A stretch of DNA of 64,000 nt from NCBI GenBank assembly GCA_019058295.1, contig JAHPZI010000014.1, positions 47,935-111,934 on the forward strand, given 5' to 3'. Under the pieces are notes generated by a model. The model was not told where the DNA came from. It did no database searches and saw only the letters and a list, made by a program, of their open reading frames with translations. The DNA is from Promethearchaeota archaeon. GTDB lineage: Archaea; Asgardarchaeota; Lokiarchaeia; Sigyniarchaeales; SOKP01. Shown piece by piece: positions 43,855 through 52,543 of the stretch. A program made the translations under genes and the position numbers. Position 1 is the stretch's first letter. Each line of letters starts with the position of its first letter.

Positions 43855-44640
43855 CTATTTTACTATTTTATTAGCAATTAGAGCAGCAGAAGCACCAGCT
43901 CCGAAACCATTATCAATATTTACAACTAATAAGCCAGGAGAACAGGATTGTAACATAGTTATAAGTGCTCCTTTACCTTTTTCACCCATTCCATAACCAC
44001 TAGAAATGGGAACGCCTATAACTGGTATATCTACTAATGCAGCAACAACTCCAGGTAAAGTTCCCTCCATTCCGGCACAAACAATAATCACATGAACATT
44101 TTTTTTAATCATTTCGCTGAGGGGCGTAAAAATTCTATGTACACCAGCGATTCCTACATCATAGCTAGTTAAAACTTCACATCCCATTGCTATTGCTGTG
44201 GTTTTTGCCTCCTCAGCAACCAGAATATCTGAACTTCCCGCAGTGATTATCCCGACAATCCCCCCTCTCTTAGGAAAATCGAATGATTTTTCTTTAATAA
44301 CTATAATTTTCCCTAATTCATTTATATCTATTTCATATTTATCCTGATTTCCGAAAGTTTGAACTATAAATTCCCTCTGTTCTTCAATATATCGAGAGAT
44401 TATAGCAAATTTATTTATTTTCAGAAAGCGTTCAATAATATCAATAATAGTTTTAGCGTCTTTATTTTGAGCAAGTATAACTTCGGGGACACCAGTCCTC
44501 GTCTTTCGAAATACATCTAATTTTGCTAAATCTCCTACTTCTTCTATTAATTTAGCTTTTAAAAGTTTCTCAGCTTCTTCGATTGAGCATTCCTTTTCAA
44601 GTAATTTTTTCAAAATTTCCTTAATATTATCCATAACCAA
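43855..44640 (-). CDS. larB: Nickel pincer cofactor biosynthesis protein LarB
   Basis: RTGVPEVI, AGSSD, DVGIAG, AGMEGTLP, VVNIDNGFGA. Confidence 0.95.
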   Translation of the reverse strand: MVMDNIKEILKKLLEKECSIEEAEKLLKAKLIEEVGDLAKLDVFRKTRTGVPEVILAQNKDAKTIIDIIERFLKINKFAIISRYIEEQREFIVQTFGNQDKYEIDINELGKIIVIKEKSFDFPKRGGIVGIITAGSSDILVAEEAKTTAIAMGCEVLTSYDVGIAGVHRIFTPLSEMIKKNVHVIIVCAGMEGTLPGVVAALVDIPVIGVPISSGYGMGEKGKGALITMLQSCSPGLLVVNIDNGFGAGASAALIANKIVK

Positions 44641-44792
44641 TCTTTTAAAAATAAGATTTTAACATTTAATTATAATTTCTTTCAATTTAACTTAATAGTT
44701 AAATCTTTTATTCTTTTTAAATATAAAAAAAGATAATAAGAATTCAAAATAATCATAAAATATATTCTTAATAAAAACTAGAGTGATGTGTT

Positions 44793-46013
44793 ATGAAGAT
44801 AGATTATACCTCTTATAAAGATGTAGATTTGAAAGGAAAGAAAGTGTTGATGCGGGTTGATATCAATTCTAACATAGATGTAGAAAAGATGCAAATTACC
44901 AAATCACCTCGAATTGAAGTATTAGTACCATTTTTGAAGGATATTTACAATGAGAGTGCTGTAATTATTATGGCTCACCAATCAAGACCAGGTAACGATG
45001 ATTTCACCGATTTAGATATTCATGCTAGAGAAATCGAAAGACAACTTGGTAAACCCGTAAAATTTGTCAAGGATATTTATGGTGAAGTTGCTGTCAATGC
45101 AATAAAGGCTCTTAAACCGGGAGAAGTCTTAGTACTGAATAATATACGTAAATATGAAGCTGAAATGAAGGGATATAAAGATTTTTCCGAAGCAGAGAAT
45201 ACTGATATGATAAAGACGTTGTTTCCCCTAGTGGATTATGTGATAGTGGATGCTTTTGGAGCAGCACATCGAGCACATGCGTCTATCGTTGGTTGGCCTA
45301 AGATGTTAGCTGGCCCAATAACTGATAAGGAATTACACAATTTGAAAAAAATTGTGGAAGCACCTGATAAACCTATGGCTATGCTTATCGGAGGGGCAAA
45401 AGCAATCGATAAATTTAAAGCTATGAAATACAATTTTGACAATGACAAATTAGATTATGCGTTATGCTCAGGATTAACAGCCATCTTAATTTTTGAAGCA
45501 TTAGGTAAAGACATGGGAGAGATTAACCTTAAAATTACGGCGAAAGATCTGGAAGCAAATAAGGATATGATTATTGAAACTTATAATAAATACAAAGACA
45601 AGATAATCTTACCTGAAGATTTAATTATTGATGACAATGGGAAGAGAAAAGCGATTACAATTGATGAAGCTGGAACTGCAAATACAACCACAGGGGACAT
45701 AGGACAAAAAACTGTAGAAGTTTTTAAAGAGATAATGGTAAAATGTAAAACTATAGTAGCAAATGGACCTCCTGGCATATTTGAGAAAGAAGTGTTTAGA
45801 GCTGCTACCATGGATATGGTTGATGCTATGGTGGAAGCGACTAAAAAAGGAGCTTTAACCATAATAGGCGGAGGGGAAATGGGAGCTGCAGCTGCAATGT
45901 CTGGTAAAGATGATCAAGTCTCATTCATATCTACAGCAGGTGGAGCCATGCTTGAAATTCTCTCTGGAAATGACTTGCCCATGATTCGAGCATTAAGAGA
46001 AAAAAAATTATAG
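44793..46013 (+). CDS. pgk: Phosphoglycerate kinase
   Basis: RVDINS, AHQSRPG, DAFGAAHRAHAS, GGAK, NGPPGIFE, ISTAGGA. Confidence 0.97.
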   Translation: MKIDYTSYKDVDLKGKKVLMRVDINSNIDVEKMQITKSPRIEVLVPFLKDIYNESAVIIMAHQSRPGNDDFTDLDIHAREIERQLGKPVKFVKDIYGEVAVNAIKALKPGEVLVLNNIRKYEAEMKGYKDFSEAENTDMIKTLFPLVDYVIVDAFGAAHRAHASIVGWPKMLAGPITDKELHNLKKIVEAPDKPMAMLIGGAKAIDKFKAMKYNFDNDKLDYALCSGLTAILIFEALGKDMGEINLKITAKDLEANKDMIIETYNKYKDKIILPEDLIIDDNGKRKAITIDEAGTANTTTGDIGQKTVEVFKEIMVKCKTIVANGPPGIFEKEVFRAATMDMVDAMVEATKKGALTIIGGGEMGAAAAMSGKDDQVSFISTAGGAMLEILSGNDLPMIRALREKKL

Positions 46014-46070
46014 AAGAATAATTTATTTTTTATTTTTTATTTTTATTTCACCGATACCTTCGCAAAGGTC

Positions 46071-46121
46071 AGTCCTCTTACGACTCCATTTTTTCTCGTA
46101 AGAATCATTCAATTCGGGACT
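46071..46121 (-). promoter_or_regulatory. Eukaryote-type SECIS element in the 3' UTR of the candidate selenoprotein
   Basis: AUGA-U-UCUUACGA-GAAAAAAUGGAG-UCGUAAGA-G-GA-C: AUGA/GA core, perfect 8-bp helix, A-rich loop. Confidence 0.75.
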
Positions 46122-46149
46122 ATTTTTAGTTTTTCTTTTGAAATACTTG

Positions 46150-46377
46150 CTATTGGATTTGTATTAATTTAATGTCGTATATTTTATTGAGTTTATAAAT
46201 TGAGAAGCCTTGCTTAAAGTTCACACATCCTCAACCTCCTCCTCCAGAATCACTAGCGTCTGCGCTATTTTCACCATCACCTTCATAATACTGACTATTT
46301 AAATAAATAACAATTATCGTTATTGAAAAAGTCGTTAGAAGTGCAACTAAGGCAATTATTATAATAGTCTTTTTCAT
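46150..46377 (-). CDS. Candidate membrane-anchored selenoprotein (75 aa, Sec49); absent from the ORF track
   Basis: MKKTIIIIALVALLTTFSITIIVIYLNSQYYEGDGENSADASDSGGGG-U-GCVNFKQGFSIYKLNKIYDIKLIQIQ*; TGA at 46233-46231; downstream SECIS; TATA-like TTTTTATAA about 33 nt upstream. Confidence 0.7.
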
Positions 46378-46574
46378 GTTTTTTTTTTTAGTAAGTTCCG
46401 ATTTGGAAATTATAAAAACACCAATCCTTTTTTTTATTTTAATATAAATTGGGAATTTTTACTATATAAAATGTGATAATTTTCTTAGAAATAAAATTAA
46501 ATAAAATTAATATTTAGAGATTAATTTACAAATAGTAAAAGTTATATTTCAAAGGCAACAAGGGCGTGTTTTTG

Positions 46575-46677
46575 GGGCGCGTGTTAAGTTTTCAGATAGA
46601 AGCTTACGTGAAGTCTAGCCCGGTATGACGTCCGCTTGACGTGCGGAAGGTCGCGAGTTCGAGTCTCGCCGCGCCCA
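46575..46677 (+). tRNA. tRNA-Val(GAC) with 29-nt intron at position 9/10 (46584-46612)
   Basis: Acceptor GGGCGCG/CGCGCCC-A, anticodon arm TCCGC-TTGACGT-GCGGA, GTTCGAGTC T-loop, BHB-like junction. Confidence 0.9.
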
Positions 46678-46713
46678 TTTTAATAATTTTTTATAATCAG
46701 CTAAAAGTTAAAA

Positions 46714-47202
46714 GTGAAAGATATGCCTTTAAAAATTCGATGGGTTAAGCGTGAATATTTTGGCATAGCTTTAATGCTCTTTGGATTGTGTGCAATTTTT
46801 CAAGCTTTTTATATTTTTATTGCACAATATTTTCTAAGTATAGGAAATTATATTGTAATTATTATAATCCCAATAGGGGTTATATTCGCATTATTTTACT
46901 GCTCTATAATTATATATGAAAGTTATGCCCAAGTGCAACGAAGTAGGAAAATTAAACGTGGATTTGCTAAAAGGATAATTGAAAAAGTTAGATTTAGAAA
47001 GTTCCTCGAAAGTCCTGTTGTAAGACCACTATTAATTATTTTTGCGATATATAGCGTTTTTTTCTTTCCTTCTTATTTTATTAGTATTATATGGTTTAAC
47101 AATATTTATTCTTTTATTATAGCTGAAGTCATGGGGGCTATTGGATGCATTTTTGCTGCAAATATAATCGAAAGACACTATGCAAAAATTCAAAGATATT
47201 AG
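46714..47202 (+). CDS. Hypothetical 4-TM membrane protein
   Basis: Four hydrophobic segments. Confidence 0.75.
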   Translation: MKDMPLKIRWVKREYFGIALMLFGLCAIFQAFYIFIAQYFLSIGNYIVIIIIPIGVIFALFYCSIIIYESYAQVQRSRKIKRGFAKRIIEKVRFRKFLESPVVRPLLIIFAIYSVFFFPSYFISIIWFNNIYSFIIAEVMGAIGCIFAANIIERHYAKIQRY

Positions 47203-47369
47203 ATAGCATTAAGATTTAGAATCTATATATTTCAATTTTAAAATTCTCAAAAAAAGGTTTTATATTTCATTAGATATAAATATAAAAAATATTGTTATTT
47301 TATCAAATTATAATATTTATCTTATAACAATAATTGAATTTCATCATTAAATACTGAATTTGATTAATA

Positions 47370-48218
47370 ATGTCTCATGTTAAAATACGTTGTCCATCAT
47401 GCTCCGCAAATGGAGATATAGAAATCTCAGAAGATTATTTAAAAAATGTTACTAAAGGGCTGCTAGCGATCAATATTCCAGAGGGTACAATATGTGAACA
47501 TACTTTTATCGCTTATGTTGATAGAAATCTTAAAGTAAGGGATTATTTTATTGCTGACTTTAAAATTGAGCTACCAGATCTCGCTCCGCCTGAAGAAATT
47601 GAAGAGAAAAAAATTCCCTCTAAGGATGTAATTAATTTAGATTTAATTAAACTGAATTTATCTGCATTATTGCTTACTTATGTTCTCAAATCAATTTTCT
47701 CTAAGCAAAAAATTGTACTAGTTTCCGATCAAGAATTTTTATATGAACATATTCACAATTTTTTTAATTATATTACTCGAGATTCTTTTAAAGCTGAAAT
47801 TGAAATTATAAATAAACAAGATTACAAAAATAATAAAAAAAAATATCAAGATTGCATGATATTCGAGGGTAATAAAATTCTAAATAATATTGAGAAGATT
47901 ATAGATGATAAAAAACTTAAGGTGGAGAAATATTTTATTCAAAGTTTTTTATCTGAGTATGATTTATCCTATAGCTATATTATGTTAAAAAACGAGATTC
48001 GTAAATCCTATCAATTATCAAAAGCCATTGTAGATTATACTAATGAACAACAAATTGAAAAACTCGATTTAAAGACAATCGTTGATTTTCTAACAGAAAA
48101 ATATAATCTCAAATTACAGAAAACATATTTAAATTTTTTAATTGACATTTTAAAATATTATTTTGAAGTGAATGTTAGTGAAACTTCGGATGTTTCTGGT
48201 TTCCTAAAATTTATTTAA
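47370..48218 (+). CDS. Hypothetical protein with N-terminal CxxC...CxH zinc ribbon
   Basis: CPSC...CEHTFIAYVDRNLKVR. Confidence 0.75.
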   Translation: MSHVKIRCPSCSANGDIEISEDYLKNVTKGLLAINIPEGTICEHTFIAYVDRNLKVRDYFIADFKIELPDLAPPEEIEEKKIPSKDVINLDLIKLNLSALLLTYVLKSIFSKQKIVLVSDQEFLYEHIHNFFNYITRDSFKAEIEIINKQDYKNNKKKYQDCMIFEGNKILNNIEKIIDDKKLKVEKYFIQSFLSEYDLSYSYIMLKNEIRKSYQLSKAIVDYTNEQQIEKLDLKTIVDFLTEKYNLKLQKTYLNFLIDILKYYFEVNVSETSDVSGFLKFI

Positions 48219-48272
48219 CTTAAGTAATTTATCAGATGTGTTAAAAACTTAAGAGAATGAGCAGATAAAGTA

Positions 48273-48373
48273 TGCGCCCTCCGGGAATTGAACCCGGGTC
48301 ACCAGGTTGGCAACTTTGCCTGATATATCTCTAGATATACCATCTGGTATACTTACCACTATACTAAGAGCGC
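48273..48373 (-). tRNA. tRNA-Gly(GCC) with 29-nt intron at position 30/31 (48315-48343)
   Basis: Acceptor GCGCTCT/AGGGCGC-A; splicing restores CCAGG-TTGCCAA-CCTGG; GGTTCAATTCC T-arm. Confidence 0.9.
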
Positions 48374-48428
48374 TTTTTAGATATTATAGTGAGTAATACA
48401 AGAAATTAAAATTTGATGTTTATAAGGT

Positions 48429-49445
48429 TTAAACTACTTTAGAGATAACTTGGTTAAGGGTATTTGTATCTACAAAATTTTCTAATTCTTGTAGGCTATT
48501 AGGAAGCCCTTCACGAACACCAATCTCCTTGCACTCCAAAAATGACATCGCAGTAGCTAATTTAGATGTTTTTTCTAAACTAAAATTATTCAGAATAGAG
48601 ATTAGAATTCCACTAAGGAAGGCATCCCCTGCTCCAGTTGTATCATTTACATCACCCTCGTAGATGCTGCTATTTATAATTGTATCACCATCAGAGATTA
48701 TGCTCCCATTTGGACCATCCGTTATCGATATTAATTTAACACCCTTATCTATAAAATCTTTTATCATTAAGGTTTTTTTCTTTTTTCCTGTGAATTCTTG
48801 AGCTTCTTCCATATTCAAAGATACAACATCCGATTGGGAAATTAATGTCTCTGCCCAATTTGGAGTATTCTTTATAATTGACATACTTGGTGCGGCAAAA
48901 ATCTTTCCACCATGATCTTTTGTTATTTTAATTGCTTTTTCTATTGCTTGACAACCAGCATCGGATGTTAAAGAAGTCCAGGAAAAAGCTTTAATATCTT
49001 CAAATAATTCTGGTTTAACGTTAGATGGTTTTAATAAATTGTTTGCACCCTTATATGCTAAAATACTTCGATCTTTACCCCAAGGAGTTCGCAAAATTAT
49101 AGATAGAGCAGTAGAATCCTCATCAGTTTGAACCACTTGAGATAAATCTACCCCCCTTTTCCTTAAATCGTCTAAACATATTGTGGCTGAAAAATCATTT
49201 CCTAAAATTCCAATATAACATGCTTTTAATCCCAACATTGAACAGTTTGCTGCAATATTTGAGCCTGACCCTCCCGGTACGAATCTTACATCTTTAACAT
49301 TCAACTTTCGAGAATATTCAATAGCAGTATATTTTTTTATAATATCTTTATCCAATAATTCAAAACGTAAGATGTCATCTATCTCAATCATAACATCGAG
49401 AGTACAGCTTCCAATTGTAATCAATTCTGGATTCAAAATACTCAC
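48429..49445 (-). CDS. PfkB-family carbohydrate kinase
   Basis: PGGSGSNIA, NMEEA, ITDGPNG, DTTGAGDAF. Confidence 0.93.
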   Translation of the reverse strand: MSILNPELITIGSCTLDVMIEIDDILRFELLDKDIIKKYTAIEYSRKLNVKDVRFVPGGSGSNIAANCSMLGLKACYIGILGNDFSATICLDDLRKRGVDLSQVVQTDEDSTALSIILRTPWGKDRSILAYKGANNLLKPSNVKPELFEDIKAFSWTSLTSDAGCQAIEKAIKITKDHGGKIFAAPSMSIIKNTPNWAETLISQSDVVSLNMEEAQEFTGKKKKTLMIKDFIDKGVKLISITDGPNGSIISDGDTIINSSIYEGDVNDTTGAGDAFLSGILISILNNFSLEKTSKLATAMSFLECKEIGVREGLPNSLQELENFVDTNTLNQVISKVV

Positions 49446-49565
49446 TTCTAAAATGATTTTGTACTATAAGTTAGTAAATAATTTAAAAATAAACTTTTAT
49501 CTTAAAAAGTTTACTTAGTTTTTAACAAAAGCAAGAGTAAAATAAAGAAGAATTCTATTATAAAA

Positions 49566-50198
49566 TTATTCGTTAGATTTAAGGCGATTGAGCTCTTCTT
49601 CGAGGTCTTTTATTTTTTGGTTACCTCCGGCAGTAGTAGGTAAAGCTACGCCTGTTTCTATTCCAATTTCTGCGTCGACCTCTGAAAGAAAGCTGTCAAC
49701 GGTCTCATCAGTGACTGCCGTATCCATAGACATATCCGTCATTGCATCTGTAGTAATTTCCTGTGTAACTTCAAAATCTTCTATATCCATGTTGATATCT
49801 TTCATCAATTCAGTGATCTGTGGAATCGAGAGATTTCTTTTTAATCCAGCTACAGCTTGGGCAATGCCTTTGAAAATTCCCGCAACATCTTTAATCGCAC
49901 TTGCGTTGTCTAATTTAAATTGTAGGCTTTCTATATTCGTACGAAAGTGATCGACAGCTCGTGCTTGATTGTTAACTTGGAGGTAATTCCTTGCGTGAAA
50001 TTTAGAACCTTGTATATCCCCTTCGCGTCTCAATCTAATTGCTTTTTCTTTCGCTAATTTCGCACTCATTTCTAATTTTTTTGATTGTCTCATTAATCTT
50101 TTGTTAAATACTCTTAATTTAATACTGGCAGAACGAATATTATCCCGTTTGCCTCGACCTCCAGATAACCATTTAGAAAGATCACTTAAAAATCCGAT
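49566..50198 (-). CDS. ESCRT-III protein, Vps2/Vps24/Vps46 (CHMP1-3) class; probable ATC start at 50198
   Basis: Snf7-fold pattern, C-terminal MIM1-like DLEEELNRLK; frame open 35 codons upstream of ATG 50093 (GFLSDLSKWLSGG...). Confidence 0.88.
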   Translation of the reverse strand: MGFLSDLSKWLSGGRGKRDNIRSASIKLRVFNKRLMRQSKKLEMSAKLAKEKAIRLRREGDIQGSKFHARNYLQVNNQARAVDHFRTNIESLQFKLDNASAIKDVAGIFKGIAQAVAGLKRNLSIPQITELMKDINMDIEDFEVTQEITTDAMTDMSMDTAVTDETVDSFLSEVDAEIGIETGVALPTTAGGNQKIKDLEEELNRLKSNE

Positions 50199-50437
50199 TG
50201 TTTGTTCACCACTAATTTTTAATTTATTTTTATAATATTTAATAAAAATTTTTTATTATAATATTATAGTATAAACTTTATATTATAATTATTTCTGGGG
50301 TCCAATATTTCATACTAAAATTTTATCAAATTAATCTAAAAGGTATCTTATTACTAATATCCCAATTAGATTAGGTATATATATCAAAAATGCTATATTA
50401 ACAATAGAAAAATTAGCAATAAAAAAGGTTTAATTGA

Positions 50438-51652
50438 ATGAGTTCAAGTGATTCAAAATTATTACTATATGCAAAACAAGAAGCGAATCAAGCAATAACA
50501 TTTGAGAACGCTGGTAAATTTCATCAAGCGATTAATAAATACGAACGAGCAGCAGAAATTTTAATACAATTCTTAAGATTTAACAAAAATCCAATAATGC
50601 GGCAAAATGTTCAAAAAAGTGCTGAAGATTATATTAGCAGAGCAAAAATATTAAGATTAAAAGTAAGTGGAAAGTCATCGCGTAGAGGAACTTCGTCAAC
50701 AAGCACTTTTGGATCTGCTGATGATAAATCTGAAGCAAAAGAAGAAGGTGTGAGTGATGAAGAACAAGAGCTACTTGATATGATTTCAGGAACTATAGTT
50801 ACAGAATCTCCTAATGTACGATGGATAGAAATAGCAGGATTGGAAAATTGCAAACAATCTTTAAGAGAAGCCATTGTATTACCAATGATAAAACCCGAAT
50901 TGTTTACTGGAGCTAGGAAACCATGGGCTGGAATATTATTATTTGGACCCCCTGGATGCGGGAAAACTCTTCTTGCTAAAGCTGCCGCAACTGAATGTAA
51001 CGCAACTTTTTTTAGCGCATCTTCAGCTGATTTACTGAGCAAATGGTTAGGAGAAAGTGAAAAATTGATTGGAGCGTTATTTAAAGTCGCAAGATTGAAA
51101 GCTCCAAGTTTAATTTTTATGGATGAAATAGATTCAATCGCTACTAAAAGAGGTGAGGGCACCGAAAGCGGAGGTGAAAGACGTGTAAAAACACAACTTT
51201 TAAGCGAAATTCAAGGTTTAAAAACAAGTCACGATAAACCTCTACTTGTATTAGGAGCAACAAACCGACCTTGGGACCTTGATAATGCTATGCTATCTAG
51301 ATTTGAAAAGAAAGTATATGTTCCTCTTCCAGATTTGCCAGCAAGAGCAGCAATATTCAGAATTCACACCGCTGGAATAGAATCTGACTTGGATGACGAG
51401 GATTTCATAGAGTTAGGAGCAAGATCCGAAGGTTATTCAGGGAGAGATATTGCAAATGTATGTCGTGAAGTAATAATGCTCCCAATTCGAGAATTAGACA
51501 TGGGTGGATTATTAGAAAAATCAGATCAAGAAATAAAGGTTAGAAATATTAATTTGAACGATTTTAAAAATTCAATTAAAAAAGTTAAACCCATGACTAC
51601 AGACTCAGCTTTAAAACAGTATAATGATTGGAAGGAAGAATTTGGAGAATAA
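50438..51652 (+). CDS. vps4: Vps4 AAA ATPase with MIT domain
   Basis: N-terminal MIT, GILLFGPPGCGKT, SKWLGESEK, DEID, GATNRPWDLD, EGYSG, EEFGE end. Confidence 0.95.
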   Translation: MSSSDSKLLLYAKQEANQAITFENAGKFHQAINKYERAAEILIQFLRFNKNPIMRQNVQKSAEDYISRAKILRLKVSGKSSRRGTSSTSTFGSADDKSEAKEEGVSDEEQELLDMISGTIVTESPNVRWIEIAGLENCKQSLREAIVLPMIKPELFTGARKPWAGILLFGPPGCGKTLLAKAAATECNATFFSASSADLLSKWLGESEKLIGALFKVARLKAPSLIFMDEIDSIATKRGEGTESGGERRVKTQLLSEIQGLKTSHDKPLLVLGATNRPWDLDNAMLSRFEKKVYVPLPDLPARAAIFRIHTAGIESDLDDEDFIELGARSEGYSGRDIANVCREVIMLPIRELDMGGLLEKSDQEIKVRNINLNDFKNSIKKVKPMTTDSALKQYNDWKEEFGE

Positions 51653-51658
51653 TTAAAA

Positions 51659-52537
51659 ATGGAAAGAGAGAAACCTAGGGAAAAACTTAAAGAAACTGAG
51701 CTTGAAGCACTTAGAAAAGAGCTTGTGAGATTAAAAGAATTAAAGAGACAAAAAGAAGAAGCCAAAAAAGAAATTGCAGCTTCTACCGAAAACGAAGAAA
51801 TTCAATCTGAGGCTCAATACGAAGCTAAAGTAGATGATATAGAAAGTAAACTAAATGAGATTGATAAAGCTCTACTTAAGCAATTTGAAGATATTGATCA
51901 ACGAACTTATGAACAAAATGCGGGTTATATAGAGGAACAACTCCAAGCTCTTGAAGAGGAGATAATAGGTGAAACAGGTGTTATAGAGAAGGAATTAAGC
52001 CCTTATGAAGAATTATTAAATGAATACCCATGGCTTGAAGAACAGAAATATGAATTTATGTACTCTATCCCAAACAAAAAGAAAAATCCAACTGATTATG
52101 AATCCTGGAAACTCGAGTGGTCAAAAGTTACATTTGATTACGCCAAATATGCAATACTTCATATTATATATTTGAAAGAGGTAATTTCTGAAAAGCCATT
52201 TTCAAATTTTCAAAATCGTCAAGAAGCAATTAAAGAAATTGCAGAAGAATTAGTAAATCAAGAACTTGCTAAATTTATATCAAAAAAGCAAGATAAAATA
52301 AGAGTTTTTTGGAAAACTCTTGAAGTTTGGGCTGAAAATTTATATGATTGGGCAATTGATTCGGGTAAGGTTGGTCCAATTTTAATATATGAGATAAGAG
52401 AATCAGATCAAAAAGGACTCAATTCTCTTCCAAAAGAGGATTTAGAAGAAGTTTTTAGAATTTTATCCAAGGACGATAGAGGTACTATTATTAGAACGGA
52501 TGATGGGCAAATTGCTTTCAAAATTAAACTTGAATAA
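51659..52537 (+). CDS. ESCRT-II Vps25-like protein with N-terminal coiled coil
   Basis: ESW..EW, RVFWKTLEVWAENLYDWA winged-helix motif; ESCRT context. Confidence 0.8.
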   Translation: MEREKPREKLKETELEALRKELVRLKELKRQKEEAKKEIAASTENEEIQSEAQYEAKVDDIESKLNEIDKALLKQFEDIDQRTYEQNAGYIEEQLQALEEEIIGETGVIEKELSPYEELLNEYPWLEEQKYEFMYSIPNKKKNPTDYESWKLEWSKVTFDYAKYAILHIIYLKEVISEKPFSNFQNRQEAIKEIAEELVNQELAKFISKKQDKIRVFWKTLEVWAENLYDWAIDSGKVGPILIYEIRESDQKGLNSLPKEDLEEVFRILSKDDRGTIIRTDDGQIAFKIKLE

Positions 52538-52543
52538 ATTCTT

